From a virus (lineage: Duplodnaviria > Caudoviricetes), in IMG/VR virus record IMGVR_UViG_3300025009_000098, positions 1,169 through 65,168 of that record: 64,000 nt of DNA. One strand, given 5' to 3'. The position numbers and the translations under genes are program-made. A model generated the notes under the pieces. The model made no database searches, was not told the origin of the DNA, and was given only the letters and a program-made list of their open reading frames with translations. Positions within the stretch are counted from its first letter, which is position 1; each line of letters starts with the position of its first letter. This document shows positions 52,851 through 63,142 of the stretch, one piece after another.

Positions 52851-55733
52851 TTAAAGTTTCATCGCCCCAGCCGACTTCATGTCAGCTTTCGCCAGCAGCG
52901 TCCCGACTTCCTTCAACTCCTGGATAACCCCGCCCAGGTGCGGGGATTTCATATTGATCGTCCACACCGGCTGGCGCATGGAGTCATACGTCGTGCCGCT
53001 GCCCAGTGCCTTATGAGCGTTGCCGCTCAGGAGTATCTTCTTCGCCTCGAGTTCCTTGCGCACTCCCGAGTACGACCCGAACCGCTTGGCTATCCAGGTC
53101 TTGAACGCCGCTCTGGATATGAACAGCAGGTCGTTCTCAACCTCGTAGCGGATGACCAGCGGCCCCCGCGGTGCCTCGACGATCAGGCAGGGCAGGCGGG
53201 TGCTGGTGATGCCCTTGACCAATAATCTGTTATGAGCATGTTCGTCCAAAAACTGTCCCAGGATGCCGATCGCATCCCCGGCCAGGTCGTCCTTGTCACC
53301 GCGCATGTTCCTGATCACGCTGATCACCCACTCCATCGGGTCGACGACGTTGAACTTAATCAACCCGAGAGACTTGGCGATCGCTCCACCGACTAGAGAC
53401 GCCGAAGCAACGGCCGACCAATACCTCTCATCTCCCCGGGTCTTCGCTCTTAAATCGATCTTCTCCCGCATCTTCTCAATGGCGATCTTCACCACATCGA
53501 CGTTCTTGACCAGCCACTTGGCATAGATCTCGCCGGCATGGCCGTAATTCTCGTGGATTGTCCAGTAGGCTTGGGTCGCGGTCTGGCCCTTGAAACAGGT
53601 CATCTCCGGCACCGGGTACTCAAAGACCCGGTTGATCTCGGCGGAGGCGTCGTGCTTCAGTTCGCTGAGCTTATCGATCAGGGAGGCGTTGGAGCTGGTG
53701 ACGGCCAGAGTGTTCCAGGAGTTGATCAGCTTGCGCTCCTCGGAGTTCTTGGTGAGTCGGGCCTTGTCTCGCCCCTGGGTGACCTTATAGACGAAGTCGC
53801 TGATCTCGATCCCGGGCATGTTGGTCACCTCGTCGACCACCAACGGCAGATTGCCGTAGACCCCGAGCCTGCTCACCAGGGCGTTCTTGGTATCGTCCCG
53901 CAGCATCATCAGGTCGTTGTGATACCCCCAGACCGATTGGTTCCACCGCAGCATCAGGGTCTTGCCGGCTCCGGAGTCGCCGACCAGCGACACCAAGGCC
54001 CCGTCGAAGCCGGTGAAGGGCATCAGCGGGGCGCCGAAGGAGGCCAGCAGTGCGAAAGCGAACGGCTCCATGCCTGGGCGGCCGAGGATCTCAGTGGCCT
54101 CGGTCCATTTCTCCAAGGACCCTGCCTGCCGGAAACCCTCGGCCGACTTTGGCACGTTCCTGGCCAGGCTGGCCTCTTCGACCGCACCGTTTGAGTGGTA
54201 GATCTTCTTACCGTGGACGAACATCGGCGAGGCGGTGTCCAGGTCCTTCCAGCCCATCTGGCAGAGCAGTTTGGTCATCTTCTGGTGCCGCTGCAGTTTT
54301 GCCTGATACGATTCGATATAGCCGAGCATATGCTTTTTCTCCTTTGCACCTACTACCTTGATATGTGAGTCTGCAAGTATGGTCATCAGGGCCTTGGGGT
54401 CGTGGACCAGTGAGGACCTGAGCGTACACTCCAGCGCCCCCTCGTGCGGCAGATGATGCTTGATCGTCATCACCTCATAGCCCAGGCTCTCGTCGTAGGC
54501 CAGCCGTTCCAGGTACAGGTCCATGTCGTAGAACTTCACCCAGCGGCCCTCTTCCTCAGCGAACAGGCCGTCCTTGCTGCGCCGGTAGCCGGGCGGGGTG
54601 TCGCATGTGGTTACCGGCACCTCTGCCTTCACCGGCTCCGGCCGGCCGAGGACGATCGGCGACTTGATCTTGCCGTTGTGCGGACAGCCGATGCAGGTCT
54701 GCGGGTTCTCGCTGCCCAGCTTGGCGCAGGTCGTGGGGCCCACTCCCGCGGTGCGCCATTGCAGGATCTTGTCGTCGGTCTGAGTGGTTGAGTAGCCCGA
54801 GTGTCCCTGCGACCACTCGTGAATAATCTCCTCGCCGTTGATGCAGTGCACCAGGATGCCGATGCAGGAGTACCAGAGCGGCTCGGGGATGTTGCCCCCT
54901 GTCGAGCGCATCAGGCCGACTTGGGCGCACTTGGCGGCGATCAGGTTGGCGTCGTTGATCGACTCCTCGTAGACGAAGAACTCGGCGTTGACATCCTTGT
55001 TTGCTTTGGGCGGCAGCAGGGCGTCGTGCTTCACCTTCTTGGCCTTGGCCGCGGCTCTGAGCTTGGCGGCGAAATCCTCAAAGGCGATGTCCTTGTTCGG
55101 GTCGTGCAGGATGGTGACCGGTTTCGGCTCGCGGCCAGGCTTTCGGTTGGTGGTGCCGGGGATCCGGAGAACCGAGGCGGTGTCCGAGGTCCTGGTCGAG
55201 TCGCCGCCGATGGCAGGAGAATACGCGGCCACGACTTTCTTCAGTAAGTAGGCCACGGTCTGCCACTGCGGCGCAGGTATGGCCTGGTCAAGTATCCAGT
55301 GGGCATAGAGGCCGTTGCCGGAGTTGATGACGGCGGGCATCGGCAGGCCGGTCTCTGTGACGAATTGCTGCAGGGCTTTGCACCCCTCGCTCTGGTTCTT
55401 CAGAGGCCACTTCTCACCGCAGTCGATGTCCAGGAAGAAGTTCTTCAGGTACCGAGCGTTGTCCTGGCTGCGGGTCTTTCTGGCCAGGGCTTTGTACTCA
55501 GGTTTCGGCAGGCCGTAAGGTATCTGTTTGTTATGGGCCTGGGCTTCCCGGATCTTCTCCGGGTCGTAGGTTGCCTGGGTTATGTAGGTGGTATTGCCGT
55601 TCTTATCCAGCATCTTGATCTGGAGAACGGCGGAGTCGAGGTCTTCAAAAAAGAAATGCCGGAAGCCTCCGCTGGGGAGCAGCTGCGCGACGCAATACAT
55701 CCCTTCTTCCGGAAGGAGCCGGTGCAAGAACAT
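52851..55733 (-). CDS. primase-helicase (RepB-type primase + DUF927 ATPase)
   Basis: FFLDIDCG, SGNGLYAHW, VLRIPGT, Cys cluster CxxC, Walker A GDSGAGKT, VVDEVT. Confidence 0.9.
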   Translation of the reverse strand: MFLHRLLPEEGMYCVAQLLPSGGFRHFFFEDLDSAVLQIKMLDKNGNTTYITQATYDPEKIREAQAHNKQIPYGLPKPEYKALARKTRSQDNARYLKNFFLDIDCGEKWPLKNQSEGCKALQQFVTETGLPMPAVINSGNGLYAHWILDQAIPAPQWQTVAYLLKKVVAAYSPAIGGDSTRTSDTASVLRIPGTTNRKPGREPKPVTILHDPNKDIAFEDFAAKLRAAAKAKKVKHDALLPPKANKDVNAEFFVYEESINDANLIAAKCAQVGLMRSTGGNIPEPLWYSCIGILVHCINGEEIIHEWSQGHSGYSTTQTDDKILQWRTAGVGPTTCAKLGSENPQTCIGCPHNGKIKSPIVLGRPEPVKAEVPVTTCDTPPGYRRSKDGLFAEEEGRWVKFYDMDLYLERLAYDESLGYEVMTIKHHLPHEGALECTLRSSLVHDPKALMTILADSHIKVVGAKEKKHMLGYIESYQAKLQRHQKMTKLLCQMGWKDLDTASPMFVHGKKIYHSNGAVEEASLARNVPKSAEGFRQAGSLEKWTEATEILGRPGMEPFAFALLASFGAPLMPFTGFDGALVSLVGDSGAGKTLMLRWNQSVWGYHNDLMMLRDDTKNALVSRLGVYGNLPLVVDEVTNMPGIEISDFVYKVTQGRDKARLTKNSEERKLINSWNTLAVTSSNASLIDKLSELKHDASAEINRVFEYPVPEMTCFKGQTATQAYWTIHENYGHAGEIYAKWLVKNVDVVKIAIEKMREKIDLRAKTRGDERYWSAVASASLVGGAIAKSLGLIKFNVVDPMEWVISVIRNMRGDKDDLAGDAIGILGQFLDEHAHNRLLVKGITSTRLPCLIVEAPRGPLVIRYEVENDLLFISRAAFKTWIAKRFGSYSGVRKELEAKKILLSGNAHKALGSGTTYDSMRQPVWTINMKSPHLGGVIQELKEVGTLLAKADMKSAGAMKL

Positions 55734-55769
55734 AGGTTACCTCCACCTGTAGGTTATAGAGTTAGATAC

Positions 55770-56069
55770 CTACTTGGCGGAGCGCATTTCTGCAATAAGT
55801 TTCCGTAGCACCTTGATACGCTGTGGTGCTTTCAGGCGTTCTTTTAAGGGCAGACGCCCGGCACGGCATCCCTTCTCCAGGCGCAGGGCGGTGTTGTAGG
55901 CGATGTCGAGCCTGAGCTTGTCGGCGATCGGCTGGCCTTTCTTCCAACGGTAGAGGGTCTCCCGGGAGATGCTGGTGAGAATGGAGAAATCGGTCGGGCC
56001 GATCATAGCTTTCTCCAGAACTTCGTAAATGTATGCTACTTTCGGATCGATCTTGATTTCTTCGGTCAT
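55770..56069 (-). CDS. HTH DNA-binding protein
   Basis: DFSILTSISRETLYRWKKG. Confidence 0.75.
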   Translation of the reverse strand: MTEEIKIDPKVAYIYEVLEKAMIGPTDFSILTSISRETLYRWKKGQPIADKLRLDIAYNTALRLEKGCRAGRLPLKERLKAPQRIKVLRKLIAEMRSAK

Positions 56070-56101
56070 GATGTTCTCTCTTTTCTCACTGCAAGGTTAA
56101 A

Positions 56102-56137
56102 GCGACGGCACCGGTTTCTCACAGCCAGTGCCGTCGC
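56102..56137 (-). terminator. terminator-like hairpin after the SSB gene
   Basis: GCGACGGCAC...GTGCCGTCGC 10-bp arms followed by TTT on the minus strand. Confidence 0.6.
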
Positions 56138-56146
56138 AGTAGATTT

Positions 56147-57271
56147 TTACAGACCAAGGTCCCTGATCAACTGGTCGTCACTCGGCTCAAGACCGCCGGC
56201 ATGGACCGGGGTGTTACTGACCGGAGCAGCAGAGGTCCCGCCGAGGTCGAGGTCATCCAGCAGTTCGGCATCCGGTTTGGCAGCGAGTTTTGCAGCAGCC
56301 TCGGCAGCTTCCTTCTCAGCCTTCTTGGCTGCCTTGGTGGCGGCGGACTTGGCGGCAGCTTCCGCCCGGGTCTTGGCTATGACGGCTTCTTTCTCGGCTG
56401 CGGCCTGGGCCTCTGCTTCTGCCTTGGCAGCTTCTGCCTGCATATCAGCAGGGGTGAATATTTCGTCGGCCGTAGTGGCCAGTGCGACCGGCGGTGCCGG
56501 CAGGGCAGGTGCCGACGACATGCCAGCGATAATGTCCTCAACCTCCGGCAGGGCGGCGATCTCGGCCAGCTTGGGTAGGGTGTCCTGGGGCAGGAAACCG
56601 CCGAATTTGAAGACTACGACCGGGAAGGTCTGGGCCAAGTCGAACGCTACCAGGGTCTTGGCGGTGCCGAGCGGGATGCCGGCAGCACTCAACTGTTTGA
56701 CGTACATGCCGAAGTTCTTCAGCGAAGCCGGCGGGATCTTGAACATATAGGCCTTCGGGTCGGTCTCGGCCTTGCGGCTGCCGGGGATGAAGACGGCCAG
56801 GGTCTTGGTGTCCGAGCAGGCCTTGCCCTTGGTGGCGTTGCCGTTCTGGTCGGTCCCGGAGCCGAAGGCATTGTGTGGACAGTTGGCACACAACTCGCTC
56901 TGCGGGCTCGGAGAGGTCGGGTCAGGACGCAGGCTGTCGGTAGAGAAACAGTCCGGGCTCTTGCCTTCCTCGCCGGGGTTGAAGGCGGTAGCATACCAGG
57001 TCTTCTGCAAGGGCTTTTTGGCCCTGAGAATAACCATCGGCAGGTAGGCGTTGTCGTCAGGGCCGATCACCATCTTGCCGGCCGGGAAGGCAGTCTCGTC
57101 GCCGTTGGCATCAACCAGGGTGAACTGCTTACCACTGAGTTTGAGCCGCGGAGGCATACCGGTACTGATGCCGGCCGCCGCGTCGTCATTGGCCTGCTTG
57201 GCCAACTCGGAATTGAGAATATATGAGGGAATGGTAGTACGGTCTGGAATCATCAGGTCCAAATTGCTCAT
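56147..57271 (-). CDS. putative single-stranded DNA-binding protein
   Basis: PDCFS.D...P...C.NCP.N.FGS...GKAC...IPPASLKN core; Ala/Lys linker; acidic tail. Confidence 0.75.
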   Translation of the reverse strand: MSNLDLMIPDRTTIPSYILNSELAKQANDDAAAGISTGMPPRLKLSGKQFTLVDANGDETAFPAGKMVIGPDDNAYLPMVILRAKKPLQKTWYATAFNPGEEGKSPDCFSTDSLRPDPTSPSPQSELCANCPHNAFGSGTDQNGNATKGKACSDTKTLAVFIPGSRKAETDPKAYMFKIPPASLKNFGMYVKQLSAAGIPLGTAKTLVAFDLAQTFPVVVFKFGGFLPQDTLPKLAEIAALPEVEDIIAGMSSAPALPAPPVALATTADEIFTPADMQAEAAKAEAEAQAAAEKEAVIAKTRAEAAAKSAATKAAKKAEKEAAEAAAKLAAKPDAELLDDLDLGGTSAAPVSNTPVHAGGLEPSDDQLIRDLGL

Positions 57272-57813
57272 TTTACTACTCCTTTTTGTTGTTGTACGAA
57301 TTGAGTAACGAACTTTTTAGCAGGAGAAGCTGCGTTACAACTGCCCCACCCTGCACATTGCTCCGCCGCTAGGCGTAAACACACCGCTTCTATTTTGTCA
57401 TAGCATCTCCCTAAGTTTACTACCTTGCCTTTGTTACAAATCATAGCGCACCATTTTTGCCTACCACTGCTCCAATTTACTCCGCGTATACCAGATGTTT
57501 TATTCGGTCTCCTTAGAGAATTTTTAATGTTACAGCTTTGAGATACTTCTCTGAGGTTCTCTATTCTGTTATCTTTTTTGTTCCTGTTTATGTGGTCTAT
57601 TCCATGCTCCGGGAAATACCCATTATGGTACAACCACACCAATCTATGTACATAGTAGCTTTTCCGATCAGCTGTTACTCCAAGGTACCCGAGGCCTTTA
57701 GCGCTCCCCGCAACATCTCCTGGTTTTGTATTAGAGCTTGCAGACGATCGGCGCACTAAGGTCCCATCACATCTGTACTCAAATAGTTCTCGTACCCGTT
57801 GCTGTGTAATCAC
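57268..57813 (-). mobile_element. HNH homing endonuclease with AP2-like domain
   Basis: HRLVWLY...IDHINRNKKDNRIENLR; SGIRGVNW...KW.A.I; AT-rich. Confidence 0.9.
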
Positions 57814-57815
57814 TA

Positions 57816-58400
57816 TCAGCTCCGTCGTACCTTAATACTCTTGAACTGGGAGTACGAAACACCTGGGGGAGGCGGCTGGCCGTCCTCGATCGCCTGCTTG
57901 ACTGCCGACTTCGACACGGCATGGGTCAGGAAATCGAACTTCTGACCCTCCTGCACCCAGCCGAAAAACGTCGACCAGTCGGCGACGGACACATTATCGA
58001 CGGTGTCGATGTAGCTCGTGCCGTGCGGGGTTTTGATCGATGTGGCGCCGATCCTGTTCATCTCGGCCATCAGCCAGTTCTCCCGCTTGGTTTGCAGATC
58101 CTTGAGGACAGCGAGTTCCTCGTTGAGGGCCTTGGTCTTGGCGGCGATGATGTCGCGGGTCTCGACATATTTCGCCACCACCTGTTCTGCTGTTACGTGT
58201 GTCACTGCCATGGTCTTAGTCTCCTTTTTTGCAAGTTCGTTGACGGTGCCGATCCACCCGCAGGCGCAGTCGGCGATGTTGAGGTCGGGCGGGGCCGGGT
58301 ATGCAGTCTTAGTCATCCTGCCGGGGATGCGGTTGCACTTCGGGCAGGCCTGGTGCAGGAGCTTATACTCGGCCATGGTTGGTGGTTTGTATGCGGTCAT
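57816..58400 (-). CDS. conserved phage replication-module protein with N-terminal Zn-ribbon extension
   Basis: Core YVETRD...SIKTPHGT...DW..F...PPGV from internal ATG 58211; extension CPKC/CACG. Confidence 0.75.
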   Translation of the reverse strand: MTAYKPPTMAEYKLLHQACPKCNRIPGRMTKTAYPAPPDLNIADCACGWIGTVNELAKKETKTMAVTHVTAEQVVAKYVETRDIIAAKTKALNEELAVLKDLQTKRENWLMAEMNRIGATSIKTPHGTSYIDTVDNVSVADWSTFFGWVQEGQKFDFLTHAVSKSAVKQAIEDGQPPPPGVSYSQFKSIKVRRS

Positions 58401-58603
58401 CTCGTCCTCGTAATGACTCTAAAATCCGTTTCTACTGAGGCGCCTACTTCCAGAGTTAGAACATGCTCACGCCAAAACCACCGGCAATCCATGGTGGATC
58501 CTGCATTAGTATTATTGCTGGTCAACCAATCAGGTGCGTCCAAGTCAGAAAATATTTCAGGTTCGCACTCAGGTAAAATCTTATGGCGCATCTCGAATTG
58601 CAT
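58397..58603 (-). CDS. hypothetical protein
   Basis: 68 aa downstream of a promoter. Confidence 0.6.
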   Translation of the reverse strand: MQFEMRHKILPECEPEIFSDLDAPDWLTSNNTNAGSTMDCRWFWREHVLTLEVGASVETDFRVITRTR

Positions 58604-58624
58604 CTTTCCTTCCCCCTTTCCTAC

Positions 58625-58653
58625 ACCCTACAACTTCGTCAACGGGTTGTCAA
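58625..58653 (-). promoter_or_regulatory. sigma70-like promoter
   Basis: TTGACA-N17-TAGGGT. Confidence 0.6.
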
Positions 58654-58672
58654 TTATTATTTGTCAGCGGGG

Positions 58673-60229
58673 TTACGTTTTTATATTGCTCAGGCTGAGG
58701 ACCACCTCTTGAAGTTTCCCCTTATCCTTTAACACCTGGTAAATCTTCTTCTCCTCGGCCGTGGCGTACAGGTGACAGATATCGATCTTGATCTTCTGCT
58801 TGCTGCCGTCCATCCGGGCGTTGGCCTGCTGGTAGACCTCGGCCTTGTAGGTCGGGGCGTACCAGATCGTAAGCGTCGCGGCGGTGAGGTCGAGGCCGTG
58901 GGCCAGGACCTGGGGGTGGGCGACCAGGACGTGCGGGTTGGGTAGGGTCCGGAACTCCCTGAAGATCGTTGTTCTTGCCCCGGCAGATACCCGGCCATCG
59001 ACCACCGCTACCGACCATTTCTTCCTCAGCTCTGTGGCCACAGCGTCAAGGGCGCCGGTGAACGGCACCAGGACGATAACCTTCTCATCATTCTCGGCGA
59101 TCACTTCCTCAAGGACACTCATGCGCGGGCCGAAGTCGAACTTGACCAGTGAGCCGTCGGCTGCTATGACCACCCCGCAGGCGGTTTGCACGAGCTTTGA
59201 TATCAGTACGGCGGCATTGACGGCAGTAACGGTAGAACCCCTGACCTCGGTGGCGGCCTGGGCGATCAGTTGCTTGTAAGCCTTGCGCTGATCCTCGGAC
59301 AACTCAGCCCGCCGTTCAATGAAGCAGGGCTCCATGTCGGTGCAGACCGATCGTTCAAAACGGATCGAGGGCTTCAGGATCCTGGCCACCGACTTCTCGG
59401 AGCCTTTCTTTGGCACCCACTTGAACGGCCCGAACTGCAGCATGGTTTCCTGTTTGAAGGCGGTGAAGTGACCATGGTAGTTCTCGGGGGTCAGGAGTTT
59501 ACACTGACCGAACGCGTCGGTTGGCTCAGATGGGGTCGGTGTACCGGTCAGCCCCCAGGCTGCCCTGGCGATCTTCTGAGCGTTGAGCACCCGGTTGAGA
59601 GGCTTGAACAGGGTCTTGGATCGGCTGTTCCGGAAAACTGCAACCTCGTCGACAATCACCAAGTCGATGTCTGGGCGTTTGGCCAGGGCTTCCTCGATCA
59701 GGCCGACGCCGTGATGGTTGATAATGTAATAGTCACACTTCTGTGCCAGTAGGTCGTGTCTCTTCTGCCGGCTGCCGTGCAGGACGGCGAAGGTGTTGAG
59801 CGGCAGGGACTCAAAGATCGCCTGCTCCCACACTGACCACAGGGTAGAGAGGGGGGCAACCACCAGAACGCGGTGGACCTTTCCCTCTCTTCTGAGGTAG
59901 TCAGCGGCCCAGAGGGCGGAGTTTGTCTTGCCGGTCCTCATGGCATTATGGCAGTGAGCCCTGGTGTGTAGGGTAAGAAACTCAGAAGTATCCAGCTGAT
60001 ACCACCTCGGCGTGAACCGTCCAGGCCAGTCATACTGAGTGCGGATCGGGCTCTGCACCTTGATTCCGATATTATTGAGGACCCGAGCAGCCTCGAGAGT
60101 CTGCGGTACAGCAACGAACTGCTTGCCCTGCACCGTCGCGACTTTCAGGTCGGGGAACAGGGCCTGGTAGCGACCGGCGTCGGGGGTCTGCAGGACATAG
60201 TGATCGTTGATTACGCGGGCGGGGGTCAT
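58673..60229 (-). CDS. SNF2-related (SF2) helicase
   Basis: MRTGKT, VVAPLS, DEVA, LTGTP, HGLDLT, QANARM; ATG 60229. Confidence 0.92.
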   Translation of the reverse strand: MTPARVINDHYVLQTPDAGRYQALFPDLKVATVQGKQFVAVPQTLEAARVLNNIGIKVQSPIRTQYDWPGRFTPRWYQLDTSEFLTLHTRAHCHNAMRTGKTNSALWAADYLRREGKVHRVLVVAPLSTLWSVWEQAIFESLPLNTFAVLHGSRQKRHDLLAQKCDYYIINHHGVGLIEEALAKRPDIDLVIVDEVAVFRNSRSKTLFKPLNRVLNAQKIARAAWGLTGTPTPSEPTDAFGQCKLLTPENYHGHFTAFKQETMLQFGPFKWVPKKGSEKSVARILKPSIRFERSVCTDMEPCFIERRAELSEDQRKAYKQLIAQAATEVRGSTVTAVNAAVLISKLVQTACGVVIAADGSLVKFDFGPRMSVLEEVIAENDEKVIVLVPFTGALDAVATELRKKWSVAVVDGRVSAGARTTIFREFRTLPNPHVLVAHPQVLAHGLDLTAATLTIWYAPTYKAEVYQQANARMDGSKQKIKIDICHLYATAEEKKIYQVLKDKGKLQEVVLSLSNIKT

Positions 60230-60230
60230 G

Positions 60231-60611
60231 TCACATACCCCTAAACATTTGTCGAATGACATTCTCGGCTTCAGCGAGAAAGCGAAGTGTCTCTTCGCGT
60301 TTCAGCCTTTTAGCTTCAATTTTCTTCAACCTGCGTTTCTCTACGTTTTCAGGTTTCCGATAGTTCGCTCTACGTACCGCGGCCCGTTTTTCTTTTTCCT
60401 GTTTTCTTTTTTCTTGCCAAGTCTCTTCCTGGCGCCGCTCAGCAAGTGCACTACATTGTGCTGAATCGTAACACTCTTCGCACAATGGATAATCGATTTG
60501 GTTTTGAAGAGTCATCTGTACACAGCAGTCTTCGCAGACAGGCTCCCCGCAAACATCGCAAGTGAAGTCAGTTATGTGCTCACATATATGACAAACTAAG
60601 GACTCAGTCAT
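60231..60611 (-). CDS. zinc-finger protein with basic coiled-coil tail
   Basis: CHIC...CDVC...CEDC...CEEC. Confidence 0.7.
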   Translation of the reverse strand: MTESLVCHICEHITDFTCDVCGEPVCEDCCVQMTLQNQIDYPLCEECYDSAQCSALAERRQEETWQEKRKQEKEKRAAVRRANYRKPENVEKRRLKKIEAKRLKREETLRFLAEAENVIRQMFRGM

Positions 60612-60970
60612 TCCACACTCCTCAACCAAGTTTCAAACTCCTTCAACGACTCCTCGCCGTCGATGACGAAAATAGCACCGCCGGAACAGCGGATTGCGTC
60701 CACTTGCATTTTCTGGAACCCCTCAGCCTTTGCAGTTTTCCTTTTCGTTTCAAGGCCGAAGTACAATCCCCGGTAATGCCCCTCAAAATCCGGGATACCG
60801 CGGACGCCGAACGCTGCGCCTTTTATAGGCATCCAATACCAGCCGGCGGCGTCGAGCGGCAACCCTCGACCTCCCGGGCCTGACCCTGCTTTCGAGGCTG
60901 GGTAGATTTTGTACTTGGCAAGGAGTTTTTTCGTGGCGTCTTTGACAAGACCTTCAGGAGTTACAGCCAT
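60608..60970 (-). CDS. VRR-NUC domain nuclease
   Basis: TPEGLVK...GIPDF...GLETK...Q...I...GG. Confidence 0.88.
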   Translation of the reverse strand: MAVTPEGLVKDATKKLLAKYKIYPASKAGSGPGGRGLPLDAAGWYWMPIKGAAFGVRGIPDFEGHYRGLYFGLETKRKTAKAEGFQKMQVDAIRCSGGAIFVIDGEESLKEFETWLRSVE

Positions 60971-61055
60971 ATCACCCACCAAATCCCAAAAACAACGAGC
61001 AGGATGCTCAACTCCGCCTTGATGATCGGCCAGAGGTACTCTTTTCCGTAGGGGA

Positions 61056-61586
61056 TCATTTCTTCAGTACCTCAATAAGATATCGCGCTTGGTTCTTGGC
61101 GTCGTCGAGAGCGTTATGTGCTACTCCGTTTTTCACAAACTCGACCTCCGGGTGCAGGGCCTTGATCGTCCGGAAACATCGATCGTCCCAGAAGTTCCAC
61201 GGCGCCTTCAACCCCAGTCGCTCGTAGGCGGTTCTCAAGATCACATTGTCGAACGCGGCGCCGTTGCCCCAGATGCAGACGTTGCGCACCCCGTTCAACT
61301 GGTACACCCAGCCGGTGAAATGGTGCAGGGTGGTGGATATCTGCTCACCCTTACGCTCAAACACCTTCCTGGCCTCGTCGCTCTGCTGCATCCACCAGAG
61401 TACGGTCGAGGGAGTGATCGTGCCGCCAGCGGCCACTGAGGACTCGAGATCGACGACCTCGTAGAACTCCTGGCCGAGCAGGCCGGTTTCGAGTGAGAAC
61501 TCTACCGCACCCACGGCTATAATCGCCGCATCCGGGCCGTTGCCCATGGTCTCAAGGTCCAGACTGAGGTCAATACACGGCATCAT
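61056..61586 (-). CDS. DEDD 3'-5' exonuclease (DUF5051/Rv2179c-like)
   Basis: LDLETMG, WGNGAAFDNVIL, RCFRT, HNALDDA. Confidence 0.9.
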   Translation of the reverse strand: MMPCIDLSLDLETMGNGPDAAIIAVGAVEFSLETGLLGQEFYEVVDLESSVAAGGTITPSTVLWWMQQSDEARKVFERKGEQISTTLHHFTGWVYQLNGVRNVCIWGNGAAFDNVILRTAYERLGLKAPWNFWDDRCFRTIKALHPEVEFVKNGVAHNALDDAKNQARYLIEVLKK

Positions 61587-61716
61587 CAATCTCCTTGTTT
61601 TGAATGAGCCTCTCGGCCCGGGCCTCGTCCCTCTCCTGCTGCCAGGCATCAGGATCGAGAGGGTAGGTGTCGGTCGCTTCGCAGTAATCGAGATAGTCTT
61701 CGTAGGTGAGGACCAT
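61570..61716 (-). CDS. small acidic hypothetical protein
   Basis: Not in track: MVLTYEDYLDYCEATDTYPLDPDAW... Confidence 0.5.
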   Translation of the reverse strand: MVLTYEDYLDYCEATDTYPLDPDAWQQERDEARAERLIQNKEIDDAVY

Positions 61717-61728
61717 GTCGTGGCCCTC

Positions 61729-62082
61729 TTAGAAATGATTGTTGAAGAACTCCCGCAGGACTGGATAGACTAGATCATCGCTAAACTCTCCACCATCCAA
61801 TACGGTACCTTGTGTTGCCTCCTCAAACCACACCGAGGTCTTACTCTGGCGGCAAATAACTAGACCGTTATTTTTATCACCTATTCGTACCCTCAATGTA
61901 CCTCCGTACATCCCCGCCAGAGGGTAGTCCTCAGCGTTCGGGTCGTTCAGGGTCACCCGAGTACCCTGCAGTGCTGCCTTGATGGTTTCCCACATCTCAA
62001 AATGCTCCGGGCAGAGACTCTCTTCGCACATTACCTGCATTCGGTTCATGACCTGGGTGTCTTCAAAGTAATTTCCGCTCAT
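61729..62082 (-). CDS. hypothetical protein
   Basis: ATG 62082 coupled to the nuclease stop. Confidence 0.65.
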   Translation of the reverse strand: MSGNYFEDTQVMNRMQVMCEESLCPEHFEMWETIKAALQGTRVTLNDPNAEDYPLAGMYGGTLRVRIGDKNNGLVICRQSKTSVWFEEATQGTVLDGGEFSDDLVYPVLREFFNNHF

Positions 62083-62780
62083 CGTCTTTCTCCTCTTCGT
62101 TGTGGACAGTCGTTCACGGCGCACCAGGGGCAAAGCCCGGAAGGCCGAGGATCAAACCGCTCCGTCCTCCACGCCTCCTCCATCCGCGCCACCCGCGGCA
62201 GGAACTCCTGCCATATTTTAGGGATATCCGCTTTCGCAATCGGCTCGATGCCGGTCACCTGCTTGTGCTGGGTCCAGATATACTTGCCGGTGAACTCCTG
62301 CAGGTAGGGGCGGACGACGGCCAGGGCAGCGACGCAGAGCCTGAGCTGGTCCGGGGCGTCCTTGATCTTGCCCTCTGTTTTCCAATCCAGAAGAGAGACT
62401 GAGTTTTCTTTCCGCTTGGTCACCACCACGTCCAACTTGGCCCTGAACCATGCGTCCTTGGCGAACCAGGAGGTGGGTGCCATGCCTCGGGTGAGAGCGA
62501 CCTCGACCTCCGCCTCGACCTTGTGTCCGGTTCTTAATATGGCTGTGCAGTACGGCTCGACCGGGAGCAGGGCCTCTTCGTCCTTGTGAGGGATGCCCTT
62601 CAAGAAAAGCTCTCCGGCTTTGTGAACTCGGGACCCCCAAATCGACGCGGCCGACTCTTGGAAGGGGACTGTGCAGTAAAATCTTGAGGCTGCATATCTG
62701 GCCGCGCATCCTTCGTAATCGGCGAGGGCAGTGAAGGACCAGGAGAAGGGCTTACCTTTGGCGTTAAGGGGGGCGGTCAT
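62079..62780 (-). CDS. PD-(D/E)XK Cas4-like exonuclease
   Basis: WSFTAL..YEGC, GSRVH, AKLDV, DWKT, C-terminal LCPWCAVNDC. Confidence 0.88.
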   Translation of the reverse strand: MTAPLNAKGKPFSWSFTALADYEGCAARYAASRFYCTVPFQESAASIWGSRVHKAGELFLKGIPHKDEEALLPVEPYCTAILRTGHKVEAEVEVALTRGMAPTSWFAKDAWFRAKLDVVVTKRKENSVSLLDWKTEGKIKDAPDQLRLCVAALAVVRPYLQEFTGKYIWTQHKQVTGIEPIAKADIPKIWQEFLPRVARMEEAWRTERFDPRPSGLCPWCAVNDCPQRRGERR

Positions 62781-63142
62781 TTGGCCACCCGGTAGCAATG
62801 AAAAATCTCCCCACTCTGGAATACCGGAAAGCCTCTGAATATAGGCCAGCCGGGTGCCTTGTTGTTACTCACCCACTCCATTATTACATCTGGTTCCTTC
62901 ATCAGCCCACACAGCTTTTTCAACCGGTCTACACCCTCAATTAACTCCACCAACGGCCGCAGCTGATCGGCTGGTGTCTGATTAACATCGACGATCCCAC
63001 ACTCTTCGAGGATCTCCCGGGCGCGAGTGACTGCGGGGGGTTCAGGCGCATTGCAATCGAAGTGTTTCTTAATGAATCTTATATATGCAAATTTATCTTC
63101 TGAGTTTTCAAATACTGTACCGCATGAACATGATATCTTCAT
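62777..63142 (-). CDS. hypothetical protein with N-terminal C2H2-like motif
   Basis: MKISCSCG...FIKKH. Confidence 0.6.
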   Translation of the reverse strand: MKISCSCGTVFENSEDKFAYIRFIKKHFDCNAPEPPAVTRAREILEECGIVDVNQTPADQLRPLVELIEGVDRLKKLCGLMKEPDVIMEWVSNNKAPGWPIFRGFPVFQSGEIFHCYRVAK

